From assembly GCA_004347965.1 (NCBI GenBank), contig QNVF01000006.1, positions 1 to 40,252 of the forward strand: 40,252 nt of DNA. Reading direction: 5' to 3'. The stretch's first letter is position 1. Every line of letters begins with the position of its first letter. A model generated the notes under the pieces. The model did no database searches. It had not been told where the DNA came from and saw nothing but the letters and a program-made list of their open reading frames with translations. Source of the stretch: Candidatus Nezhaarchaeota archaeon WYZ-LMO8. Its GTDB lineage: Archaea; Thermoproteota; Methanomethylicia; Nezhaarchaeales; WYZ-LMO8. Position numbers and translations under genes: made by a program. Positions 19,952 to 29,364 of this stretch are shown one piece after another.

Positions 19952-21373
19952 TTGGTAATAAAGGTCTATAATACCCTAACTCATAAGATGGAGGTTTTTG
20001 AGCCATTTAATCCTCCAATAATCAGATTGTATGTTTGCGGTCCCACGGTGTACGATTATACGCACGTGGGGCATGCTAGGACTTACGTCGCCTTTGACGC
20101 CATTAAGCGTTTTCTTAAGCTTAAAGGATTTGAGACAGTTCACGCTCAAAACATCACTGATATAGACGACAAGATAATCGACAGAGCTAATAAGGAAGGT
20201 GTGAGCTGGAGAGATATAGCCGAAATTTATACCAATGACTATCTTGAAGCACTAGAGAAGTTACGCATTGAAGTGGATTTTAGCCCTAAAGCAACTCAGC
20301 ATGTAGACGAGATGATAGACTTCATATCCAAGCTCATCGAAGCTGGTTTCGCTTACGAGAGCCATGGAAGCGTTTACTTCAATGTCGATAAGTTTCTAGA
20401 ATACGGTAAACTATCAAGAAGAACCAAGGGTGAGGAGTGGAGACAGGAAGAGCAGTTTATGCGAGAAAAGAGGAAGCCATATGATTTCGTTCTCTGGAAG
20501 AAAGCAAAGCCAGGAGAGCCTTATTGGGAGAGCCCTTGGGGTCCTGGGAGACCTGGATGGCATATAGAATGCTCAGTTATGAGCTGCTTCTATTTAGGCA
20601 CAAAGATAGATATTCACGGTGGAGGAACTGACCTGATATTTCCACACCATGAAAATGAGATAGCTCAGAGCGAGGCTAGATATGGAGTAAAGCCGTGGGT
20701 CAAGTACTGGCTTCATACCGGATTCCTAACTATTAAGGGGGAGAAGATGAGCAAGAGCTTAGGAAACATAATACCTCTGAAGGACGTCTTTAAGGAACAT
20801 AAACCCGAAGTGCTCAGATTAATGCTAGTACTTACACACTACAGGAGCACCATCGATTTCTCTTACGAGCTCCTAGAGCAGTACGAAAGAATCTATGATA
20901 GGTTAAGGAGCTGTGTAGATCTTCTGATTAGAATAGCGCATAAAGAGAACCTAAACTTCAAGATCTCTAACCAAGATCTAAAGATAGCTGAGAGAATAGA
21001 CGAGTTTCTCTTAGGTTTCATAAAGTCTATGGAGGACGACTTCAATGGTGCGAAAGCTGCACCTTACCTCCACGACCTCATCTCGATATCGTACACTTCT
21101 ATAATACCATCAGGTAAGGCTGAGTTAGCACTAAGAGCTCTTAATGCCTTCAAGAGGATGAACCAAGTTCTAGCCGTACTTGACGACGTTTTCCACACCA
21201 AAGGGTTTGAAAGAGAATTCGTAGACAAGCTAGTGAAGATAGTAATCGATGTAAGGCATATGCATAGAGCTCGTGGAGACTACGAGGTAGCTGATAAGAT
21301 AAGAGAGCTATTGGCGTCTCTTGGAATAAAGGTGATGGACTCAAAAGATGGATCAACGTGGAGCTACGTCTAA
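19952..21373 (+). CDS. cysS: Cysteine--tRNA ligase
   Basis: YVCGPTVYD, HVGH, PGWHIECS, DIHGGGTDLIFPHHENE and KMSKS motifs. Confidence 0.97.
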   Translation: MVIKVYNTLTHKMEVFEPFNPPIIRLYVCGPTVYDYTHVGHARTYVAFDAIKRFLKLKGFETVHAQNITDIDDKIIDRANKEGVSWRDIAEIYTNDYLEALEKLRIEVDFSPKATQHVDEMIDFISKLIEAGFAYESHGSVYFNVDKFLEYGKLSRRTKGEEWRQEEQFMREKRKPYDFVLWKKAKPGEPYWESPWGPGRPGWHIECSVMSCFYLGTKIDIHGGGTDLIFPHHENEIAQSEARYGVKPWVKYWLHTGFLTIKGEKMSKSLGNIIPLKDVFKEHKPEVLRLMLVLTHYRSTIDFSYELLEQYERIYDRLRSCVDLLIRIAHKENLNFKISNQDLKIAERIDEFLLGFIKSMEDDFNGAKAAPYLHDLISISYTSIIPSGKAELALRALNAFKRMNQVLAVLDDVFHTKGFEREFVDKLVKIVIDVRHMHRARGDYEVADKIRELLASLGIKVMDSKDGSTWSYV

Positions 21374-21690
21374 CCCAATCTACAAGGAAAACCATTCGTA
21401 GTGATGGTGGTATAGCGTCATCACCACCTAACTAGGTAGGAAATTATGAGGAAACCAATCTTACAACGATTTTAACTTCATCGATGTTCATGGACCGTAA
21501 AGATAGCTAAGAAGACTTTGAGAGGTGAAGTAAACAGTCCTGAAACCGGAGCCCCTTAATAAAATGTTGCACCTCTCAGTTAAGGCTCTTTAAAACGACT
21601 TTAAGAACTGAACAACTCGAAGACAAAAGGTTTATCTGGCTTTACAAAGGATCTTCTCACTCTAGTGTTAGCTAAGGAAGTGAAAGATCT

Positions 21691-22434
21691 TTGGACGGAG
21701 AGTTGTTGCTATGGATTGGATGTACGTCATCCTATAGAGTTCCTGACTTGGCATCATCATTCATGCATATACTGAGGGCACTTAAAGTAGATTTCAAGTA
21801 CCTCGGCTCTAATGAAGGGTGCTGCGGCTCCATACTGCTTAGGCTTGGCTTGAGGAAGGAGTTCTCAGAGGTTGCGAAGAAAACGCTTAACTTAATACGT
21901 AGCACGGGAGCTCGAAAGCTTGTAACTCACTGTCCTGGTTGCTTGAGAGCCTTCAGATTAGACTACCCACTGCAATTAGGCACAGATCTGGGTTTGGAGG
22001 TTCAACACTCAACTCAAATTATCCTCGACCACGTAAAGCCCTCGATTCTTAAGCCAGTTGAGATTAAAGCCGTATATTTTGATCCATGCCATTTAGGCAG
22101 GCATATGAACGTGTATGAACCACCTCGCCACCTCTTGAACATGATACCGGGCATGAAACTAATAGAGTTGAATGAGAGTAGAGAAGCATCACTTTGCTGC
22201 GGAGCTGGAGGAGGTGTTAGAGCATGCTTCGAAGAGTTAGCGCTAGCAGTAGCTCAAGAAGTTTTAGATTACATCAAGCTTACGGGTGCTGAAGCCATCA
22301 TAACTGCCTGCCCCTTCTGTTATCATAACTTTAAGACGGCCTCAGATGGATCTCTTAAAGTTTTGGATATAACTCAGGTAATCCAAGCATCCATAGAAGG
22401 GGGTCTCCATGGATCATTGGGCGGAAGATCTTAG
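21691..22434 (+). CDS. CCG-domain (Fe-S)-binding protein (LutA/GlpC/HdrD C-terminal-like)
   Basis: Two CCG repeats: GC..EGCCG..HCPGC and DPCHLGR..LCCGAGGG..ACPFC. Confidence 0.88.
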   Translation: MDGELLLWIGCTSSYRVPDLASSFMHILRALKVDFKYLGSNEGCCGSILLRLGLRKEFSEVAKKTLNLIRSTGARKLVTHCPGCLRAFRLDYPLQLGTDLGLEVQHSTQIILDHVKPSILKPVEIKAVYFDPCHLGRHMNVYEPPRHLLNMIPGMKLIELNESREASLCCGAGGGVRACFEELALAVAQEVLDYIKLTGAEAIITACPFCYHNFKTASDGSLKVLDITQVIQASIEGGLHGSLGGRS

Positions 22435-23722
22435 AACACAGATATTGGAGGGCTTGGCGGATCAAATTAGAAGAATAGCATTAAAAAGAGCATGGATCTC
22501 CTACGTTTCTAGTAAAAGTGCAACTCTTTCTAAGCTACTTCACTTAAAAGAGCTAGGGCTTGAAGTTAGGAGGATCAAGGAACACTCCATTGAAAAGATG
22601 TATGAGCTCGTGAAAGAGGCTTCTGAAGCCATAGAGGAGTGCAATGGACACATTTACTTAGCTAAGACTGGTGAGGAAGCTAGGAGGATAGTGGCTGACA
22701 TAGTCGGCAAGGGAAAGCTGGTAGTTAAGTCGAAGTCATTGACTTGTGAAGAGATAGAACTAAGAGAGTACTTGGAGGAGGTCCTAAAGTGCAAGGTCCT
22801 TGAAACAGACTTAGGAGAGTTTATAGTTCAACTTAGGAAGGAGAAGCCTACCCATATAATCAATCCATCAATTCACGTGCCTAAAGAGGAAGTAGCTAAG
22901 ACGCTCTCAAAGCTTGCTGGTAAAGAACTACCAGATGACACTTCAGTCCTAGTATCATTTGTTAGAGAGTACTTAAGGGAGTATTACGTCAAAGCTGATG
23001 TAGGACTAAGTGGTGCTAACGTTGTTGCAGCACAAACTGGAACTATTTTCATAGTAGAAAACGAGGGAAACGCTAGGTTCTCAACTAACGCACCACCAAT
23101 ACACATTTGCGTAGTCGGAATGGAGAAGGTGGTACCCACTTTCAGCGATGCCTTTAAGATAATCGAACTACTTCCAGCCTACGCATCTGGCATACCAATG
23201 GCTTCCTACGTCTCGCTCATTACTGGTCCAAGTAAGACAGCAGATATAGAGAAGAGACTCGTTTACGGCGTTCATGGACCGAAGGAGCTACACGTGATAT
23301 TCCTAGACAATGGAAGAACCGAGATCGCTAAGCATCCAGTACTTAGAGAGGCCCTGTACTGTCTCAGGTGTGGAGGATGCTTATATGAATGCCCGATATA
23401 TCGGATTCTCGATGGAAGGTTTGGTCATAACTACTTTGGAGGCATAGGGTCTATATGGACGGCATATACGAGGGGATTTGATAAAGCCCTCTTTGCCTAT
23501 TTGTGTACAGGTTGCGGTAGGTGCAAGGAAATGTGTCCAGTTAAGATAGACGTGCCAAAGCTAGTTGAAGAGTTAAAAGCAGAGCTCGTAAAGCTAGGCT
23601 TTAGACATCCTAAAGTCGAGATCCTCTTTAAGAACATACTTTCAAGTGGAAATCCATGGGGAGCCCCTCAGGAACTTAGAGAGCTGCACGCTAAAAATGC
23701 CGGAATCACGATATCAGCGTAA
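22409..23722 (+). CDS. LUD-domain lactate utilization protein B-like Fe-S protein
   Basis: VVKSKS, ETDLGE, ENEGN, ITGPSKTADIE, GVHGPKELH, CLRCGGCLYECP and CTGCGRCKEMCP motifs. Confidence 0.9.
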   Translation: MDHWAEDLRTQILEGLADQIRRIALKRAWISYVSSKSATLSKLLHLKELGLEVRRIKEHSIEKMYELVKEASEAIEECNGHIYLAKTGEEARRIVADIVGKGKLVVKSKSLTCEEIELREYLEEVLKCKVLETDLGEFIVQLRKEKPTHIINPSIHVPKEEVAKTLSKLAGKELPDDTSVLVSFVREYLREYYVKADVGLSGANVVAAQTGTIFIVENEGNARFSTNAPPIHICVVGMEKVVPTFSDAFKIIELLPAYASGIPMASYVSLITGPSKTADIEKRLVYGVHGPKELHVIFLDNGRTEIAKHPVLREALYCLRCGGCLYECPIYRILDGRFGHNYFGGIGSIWTAYTRGFDKALFAYLCTGCGRCKEMCPVKIDVPKLVEELKAELVKLGFRHPKVEILFKNILSSGNPWGAPQELRELHAKNAGITISA

Positions 23723-23880
23723 TAGCTCATGTGCAACTTCATCGTACCAGTGTAAAAAGCGGAGGCTAGCTACACCATTCATTCTTTTCATGGTATGAGG
23801 AATGGAAGAGCATGAAATCAATAATTTCAAGAACTTATTCAAGTGACCTTATTTTAAGCGAGTCCTTCGAAATGAAGGCT

Positions 23881-25560
23881 TCAAGTTGCTTCTTTTCTTC
23901 GACCTCTCTGCTCCTCAAAGATCTTACTTAACGTTTGAATGGTGTCAACTTCCAGTGGTGACTTATCGTCCCTAATTCTAATTATCCTTGGGAACCTCAA
24001 TGCCAAGCCGGATTTATAGTGTGGGCTCTTCTGAACTTCGTCAAAGGCTACTTCAACAACTATTTTAGGCTCAACGTAGACTACTCTGCCTTCTTCCTTG
24101 ATAGCTACTTCTTTCAGTCTCTTAGTTATCCAAATGAGCTCCTCGTCAGTTAGACCGGTAAAGCACTTCCCAACAACCTCAAATTCGTTGTTTTCAGGAT
24201 TGTAAGCCGCTAAGTACAAGTCACTTAGCATTGAAGCTCTATATCCATGACCGTACTCAGCTGCTATAACTACAAGATCTAGGGTATTGAAAACTGGCTT
24301 TATCTTTAACCACTTCTTACCTCTAACTCCCGGTGTGTAAGGTGATTCTAAGTCTTTAGCTATGAGGCCTTCGTGACCATCCTTGAGAGCCTTCTCATAG
24401 AAGGTTTGAGCCTCTTCGTACTTGCTCGTAATTAGAGTTTCGATAATCACATCCTCGCTGACTACGCTTCTTAATATCTTCCTCCTCTCAATGTACGGTT
24501 TGTCTATCAACGTCTCACCATTTAAGTAGAGTATATCGAAGAAGTAGAGCTTCAATGGTATTTTGCTTACTAGCTCGCTCACACTTCTCTGTCTTCTAAA
24601 CCTCCTCATTAATAGCTGGAATGGAGCTGGCTTACCATTACTCGTAAGCGCTATTACCTCACCTTCAAAGACAGCGCTCTCAGCTGCAACCCTTTTTACT
24701 ACTTCAACTACCTCAGGTAGGCTTGTGGTCACGTCGGTTGCTCTTCTGCTAAATATCTTCACTTTGTCGTTGAGTTTATGAACTTGTACGCGAGCCCCAT
24801 CAACCTTAATTTCGAATGAAGCTCTTCCTCCCAACTCCCTCAGAGCTGATAGTAAGTCGTTAGCCTTCTCTGCTAGCATTGGCTTAACAGGGTGAAAAAG
24901 AACTATCCTCTGTCTTCTAAGTCCCTCAACTCCTTTAAGTTTAGCTATTCTCGCCGTCAAGCCAAGATCGCTTGTAAGCATATGAGCTCTCCTAACGAGC
25001 TCGTATGGCAAGTTAAAGGCATCAGCGATGGCTTCCTCCATTAATCCCTCGCTAAACCCATGTCTTCTCTCACCTAAAGCGAGCTTCACAAGGTACTTCA
25101 CCTCTACTGGTCTTCTAGCCCTCAATAACAGCCCATGAAAGAGCCTAATCTTCTTACGTCTAGAACCTTCTCCAGAAGCTCTTGCTATTGATTTAAATCC
25201 CTCGTAGACGTCCTTGATTGTTAAGTCGCCCTCAGAAGCCGTAAGCAACGGTATGCATCCTATCTTCTCAGCTATTCTCATGGACGCTAGGCCCAAGTCG
25301 CCGGTCGACTTGAAGACCTTGAAGAACTCACTCTTAGATGACGAGAACACCTTGATAACGCACCCAATAACTCCAGAAGCTCCAAGCCCTATCTCTGGCT
25401 CCCATGGCGGAAATAGTTCACCAATTATGAACCTAACTGCAAGCTCAAGATCGTTCACTTCTAGGTTCTTAATAAAGTTCGATACTAGAGAAATCATGGA
25501 GCTTCTAGAGCTAATAGCTTCGATCTCATCACAGAGTCTACATACATCGACGAAGAGCAT
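23881..25560 (-). CDS. lig: ATP-dependent DNA ligase
   Basis: DBD + NTase + OB; motif I EIKVDGAR, EGE, FFDILY, EGLIAK, WLKIK and LRFPR. Probable start ATG 25560 (ORF open from 25596). Confidence 0.96.
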   Translation of the reverse strand: MLFVDVCRLCDEIEAISSRSSMISLVSNFIKNLEVNDLELAVRFIIGELFPPWEPEIGLGASGVIGCVIKVFSSSKSEFFKVFKSTGDLGLASMRIAEKIGCIPLLTASEGDLTIKDVYEGFKSIARASGEGSRRKKIRLFHGLLLRARRPVEVKYLVKLALGERRHGFSEGLMEEAIADAFNLPYELVRRAHMLTSDLGLTARIAKLKGVEGLRRQRIVLFHPVKPMLAEKANDLLSALRELGGRASFEIKVDGARVQVHKLNDKVKIFSRRATDVTTSLPEVVEVVKRVAAESAVFEGEVIALTSNGKPAPFQLLMRRFRRQRSVSELVSKIPLKLYFFDILYLNGETLIDKPYIERRKILRSVVSEDVIIETLITSKYEEAQTFYEKALKDGHEGLIAKDLESPYTPGVRGKKWLKIKPVFNTLDLVVIAAEYGHGYRASMLSDLYLAAYNPENNEFEVVGKCFTGLTDEELIWITKRLKEVAIKEEGRVVYVEPKIVVEVAFDEVQKSPHYKSGLALRFPRIIRIRDDKSPLEVDTIQTLSKIFEEQRGRRKEAT

Positions 25561-25660
25561 TATTAACGAGCCCCCAACTATGGGCAAGATAAGCATGCAA
25601 TAACATTCTTACAAGTTAAATTGTCCACCGACTTAGAGCATCAACATAGCTACTCATGAA

Positions 25661-27067
25661 TTAATCCTCTCGTCTATCGTTGAACCACTTAAACAGTCCT
25701 CTAGGCTTAAATGTTCTCCTTCTTGAATTTAGAACTACATCCTCAAGGAATCTATCCCTAACAGGTTCATAGACCTCTTTGAAGAACTTCTGCTGGTCTA
25801 AAAGTACTTCCTTCTTAAAGCTCTTCAGGTACTCTAAGGCTGCCTGCCACGCTTTCTCATAAGCAACTACAGTGTTTATGTTCTGCATTATTTGCCTATC
25901 GTAGTCTTCAGGTCTTTGTTCTTGATCTCCTATGATAAACCAGCCTCTATCAGACACGAAAGCCAATTCATCACCTACTTGAATAGCTTTCTCCTCCCTC
26001 ATATCTTCACTCATCCTCTTCACGATCTTCGCCATCTTCTTAGACGATACCTCTTTGGCATGTCTCTTAGCCCATGCGTAAAATATTGCTCTATTCAATC
26101 CAAATGACTTTGCCTTCTCTAAGTCTCCAGTCAATAAGTAGTAGCGGGCTGCTTGAAGTAGTCCCATGACTTGAAATCGCCCAATTCTTCCTTTCCTCTC
26201 GATCTCCGCGACCTTGGGAGCAGCAATGGTGGTCCTAGCTTTCACTTCTATGGTACCAAGCCAGCCCTTATAACCACCTATCACTTCAAGGGCTTTAATG
26301 GCAGCTTCATCGCCCTCACCATCAACAAAGCCTCTCCACTCCTCATCATGCTTAAAGTTCTTAGGATCAGCCCACTCGAGCTCGAAGCTGTCTAGAATGC
26401 TGGGCTTAAAGCATACACAGCATAAATCCCTTCTCCTATGAAGTGCCAAAGGAGCTGTGAATACTCTTTTCAAGTCTATCTCATTTTCCACCTTAAGTCC
26501 GCTAGATCTTGACGCTACATCAAGTATACTGCTCCTACATCTTTCTAAGACGTAGTCCACTAATGAGTACGCAATGTCCAATGGATTATGTTTAAGCAAA
26601 ACATCGCTTGAAAAGCACTTTTCATGTACGTGAACGTGAGCCCCCTCACCACTCCACTTTATGAAGACAGAGTTAATTACTCCCAACTTCTCGAGCTCAT
26701 CAACTATGATTCTAGCTACCTCTATTACGTCTCTCCACCTCTCCAATTCTCCATCTATATCCCATATTGGGGAAGCGTAGGCTATGTTCTCGCGCTTCTC
26801 CAAGTCAAGCTTCGTAGCTAACTTACCATAAACATTCACGGATCCGTAAATGGTTCTGGGCTTAACACCTTTAAACTGCTTAATTAAACTCTCAACATCA
26901 AGTGGCGTATCAATCTTGAGGGGCCTTCCATCCCTCCAATACCTCAAGAAAACTCTGCTACCTAAAGTTCCTCCTTCGAGGGCAACCCACCTGCCTTTGC
27001 AGTAATCGGATATTTCCTTCTTAACCACCTCCTTCGAGTAATGTTGCTCAACGAGCTCGTAGTCCAC
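25661..27067 (-). CDS. Archaeo-eukaryotic primase (AEP)-like domain fused to an uncharacterised helical C-terminal domain
   Basis: Motif I PIWDIDG, motif II KWSGEGAHVH, downstream EID.KRVFTAPLALH; C-terminal GRFQVMGLLQAARYY..AKSFGLNRAIFYAWAK. Probable start GTG 27067 (ORF open from 27196). Confidence 0.75.
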   Translation of the reverse strand: MDYELVEQHYSKEVVKKEISDYCKGRWVALEGGTLGSRVFLRYWRDGRPLKIDTPLDVESLIKQFKGVKPRTIYGSVNVYGKLATKLDLEKRENIAYASPIWDIDGELERWRDVIEVARIIVDELEKLGVINSVFIKWSGEGAHVHVHEKCFSSDVLLKHNPLDIAYSLVDYVLERCRSSILDVASRSSGLKVENEIDLKRVFTAPLALHRRRDLCCVCFKPSILDSFELEWADPKNFKHDEEWRGFVDGEGDEAAIKALEVIGGYKGWLGTIEVKARTTIAAPKVAEIERKGRIGRFQVMGLLQAARYYLLTGDLEKAKSFGLNRAIFYAWAKRHAKEVSSKKMAKIVKRMSEDMREEKAIQVGDELAFVSDRGWFIIGDQEQRPEDYDRQIMQNINTVVAYEKAWQAALEYLKSFKKEVLLDQQKFFKEVYEPVRDRFLEDVVLNSRRRTFKPRGLFKWFNDRRED

Positions 27068-27392
27068 GAAAACACACCAACAAATTATTAAGCCAAGGAG
27101 TCCAATAAAGTTAAATAGAAATTGAATGACTTCAGCTAATAGCTCGTATGTACTCCTTGATCGCGACGCAAGCTTTATAAAGAGTAAGCATAGCAAGACT
27201 GGCAGGTGCTAAGGATGCTTGGTGATCTAGTTTACCTCGACTAGCGACTTAGCACATCTTCAGCTCGAGAGATTTAAGTGGACTATAGAACAAGCATCTA
27301 AGAGCTCCCTTTACTCCAACAAGCTTAAGAGGGTTGATGTCCACTCCCTCAAGGATCTAACGAAATTACCGTTTACAACAAAGCAAGACCTT

Positions 27393-28454
27393 TTGTCTTC
27401 ATATCCATATGGTGCTTTAGCAGTCAATTTAAGCGACGTTATCCTCATACTCTCGTCTTCTGGTACTACTGGGAAACCAGTATTAACATTCTACACGGAG
27501 AAGGATTACAAGCTGTGGATGGAGAGGTTAGTCAGAAATCTCGAGCTCATTGGGATAGGTAAGGGAGATATCTTCGTAAACACCTCAAATCAAGGGATGT
27601 TTACGGGTCGAGGATATAGCGAGGCAGCATTACTCGCTGGAGCAGCATCTATACCTATAGGCCCAGCATCACCGGAGAGACACTTAAAGTTCATGGTAGA
27701 TCTCGGCGTAACTTCATTTCACGCAATACCATCATTTGCGCTTAAAATGGCTAATTTAGCTAAAGATACTGGGTTGACTGAGAAGCTGAGACTTCGAAAA
27801 GCTGTTATAGGAGCTGAGACTTGGAGCGAATCTACGAGGAGAAGGATAGAGGAATCTCTTAATGTAGACGCATACGACAACTATGGTGTTGCAGAGCTAG
27901 GAGGTCCAGGGATAGCGATTGAGTGTTCAGAGAAGAATGGCTTGCATGTCTGGGCAGACCATTATTTAGTGGAAGTAGTGGACATCAAGACAGGGGAGCA
28001 GGTATGTGAAGGCGAGGAGGGAGAGCTCGTTGTAACAACGCTAACTAGGGAGGCTATGCCCCTCATAAGGTATCGTACTGGAGACATAGTTGAGCTGCTA
28101 CCAAGTGAATGCTCTTGTGGTCTCAAGACACCGAAGGTATCGAGGATCAAGGGCAGAGCTGACGAAATGGTTAAGGTTCGTGGTATAAGTCTATACCCCA
28201 AGATCATAGAGGAAGTAGTCTCCAGCATGCCAGAACTTACAGGAGAATATCAGATCGAGCTTTCAAACATAGACGACATAACCGTGATCGTCGAGGTCAA
28301 GAAGTGGGTTCAAGAAGTTGATAGACTTGTCAACGAGCTCAAGAGCAAGATAAAGGAGTTAACGTTACTCAACGTAGCCATAAAGATTGTATATGAAGGC
28401 AAGATAGAGCACCAAGGAAAAGCTAAGAGAGTTTTAGATCTAAGACAACTATAA
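27393..28454 (+). CDS. paaK: Phenylacetate-CoA ligase family protein (N-terminus disrupted by an apparent frameshift near 27230-27240)
   Basis: SSSGTTGKP, GAETWSE, DNYGVAE, MPLIRYRTGDI, GRADEM and GKAKRV motifs; conserved N-terminal region continues upstream in frame to 27231. Confidence 0.85.
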   Translation: MSSYPYGALAVNLSDVILILSSSGTTGKPVLTFYTEKDYKLWMERLVRNLELIGIGKGDIFVNTSNQGMFTGRGYSEAALLAGAASIPIGPASPERHLKFMVDLGVTSFHAIPSFALKMANLAKDTGLTEKLRLRKAVIGAETWSESTRRRIEESLNVDAYDNYGVAELGGPGIAIECSEKNGLHVWADHYLVEVVDIKTGEQVCEGEEGELVVTTLTREAMPLIRYRTGDIVELLPSECSCGLKTPKVSRIKGRADEMVKVRGISLYPKIIEEVVSSMPELTGEYQIELSNIDDITVIVEVKKWVQEVDRLVNELKSKIKELTLLNVAIKIVYEGKIEHQGKAKRVLDLRQL

Positions 28455-28534
28455 CGCATTCCTCCCGAGCTTTTAGCAAACTTTTTTACTGTTCTCTTTA
28501 ACCACCTATCTTTAAGACCTTCGGAGGGTTTACT

Positions 28535-29242
28535 TTGGAAGTTTTAGGCTTAGTATCAAAGAGAAGGAAGATTAGCAAAGACGACTTCTACAAGAAGCTC
28601 ATTTACGGTAAGGGAACAGTATACGGTGTCGACAGGGACGTCCTAGTCAATGCCATAAATAACCTATCATTAGAAATGTCTTCAACGCCATTCGGTTTAG
28701 CGTGCAAAGTTCTCTCAGCAACAGCTAAAAAAGATATTGGAAGCATAGTTGTTCTCAGCGAAGTAAAGCCATTGGCCAAGGAGCTTAGAGAACTGCTGAT
28801 ACTGACTGGCTTAGCTGCAGACGACATTTTAGACCTCCCTTACGCCAAGGACATATTTACGTCGAAGAAGGCTAAGAGGTCCGTTGTCTATAGTCACATA
28901 AGATCAACCGCCGAATGCTTCATCATAAGCTCTCTGCTAAGAGGAGAGATCCCTCAATCGCTAACAGAGAAGATCTTGGAAGCTACATTAATGATTCAAC
29001 CATCAATAGTCAAGGCGGTGGAGAAAGCTGGTAAAGACGGCTTACATGTATGGAACATAGCGTGGAATGCACTATCTTCAGTTAAACCACTTATGGACGT
29101 ACAGAACATCCCCCTAATGCTTTTAGCATTACCTTATGCAGCTCAACAAGTAAAGTTGACTGCTGCCTACATGTACATGAAGAAGAGACTTCAAATCGAC
29201 ATAGATACTTTATTGGCACAGTCGATTGTGAAGTTAAAGTAG
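28535..29242 (+). CDS. Hypothetical protein
   Basis: 235-aa ORF preceded by GGAGG RBS; no recognisable motif. Confidence 0.65.
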   Translation: MEVLGLVSKRRKISKDDFYKKLIYGKGTVYGVDRDVLVNAINNLSLEMSSTPFGLACKVLSATAKKDIGSIVVLSEVKPLAKELRELLILTGLAADDILDLPYAKDIFTSKKAKRSVVYSHIRSTAECFIISSLLRGEIPQSLTEKILEATLMIQPSIVKAVEKAGKDGLHVWNIAWNALSSVKPLMDVQNIPLMLLALPYAAQQVKLTAAYMYMKKRLQIDIDTLLAQSIVKLK

Positions 29243-29364
29243 CTCCTTCATAACCATTATCGATCAAAAAACTTGGCAACGTTAAGTGAAGCTCGGTGAG
29301 CTTAAGACTTAGAGGCTCTATAATTATTAAGTTTAATAACTATTAATGACGTGAATTTAGGATT

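Noticed and set aside
25661..27067. Calling the AEP protein the replicative primase PriS, or the locus a full NHEJ operon
   Set aside because: Length and the extra C-terminal domain differ from PriS; no priL, Ku or phosphoesterase gene is adjacent
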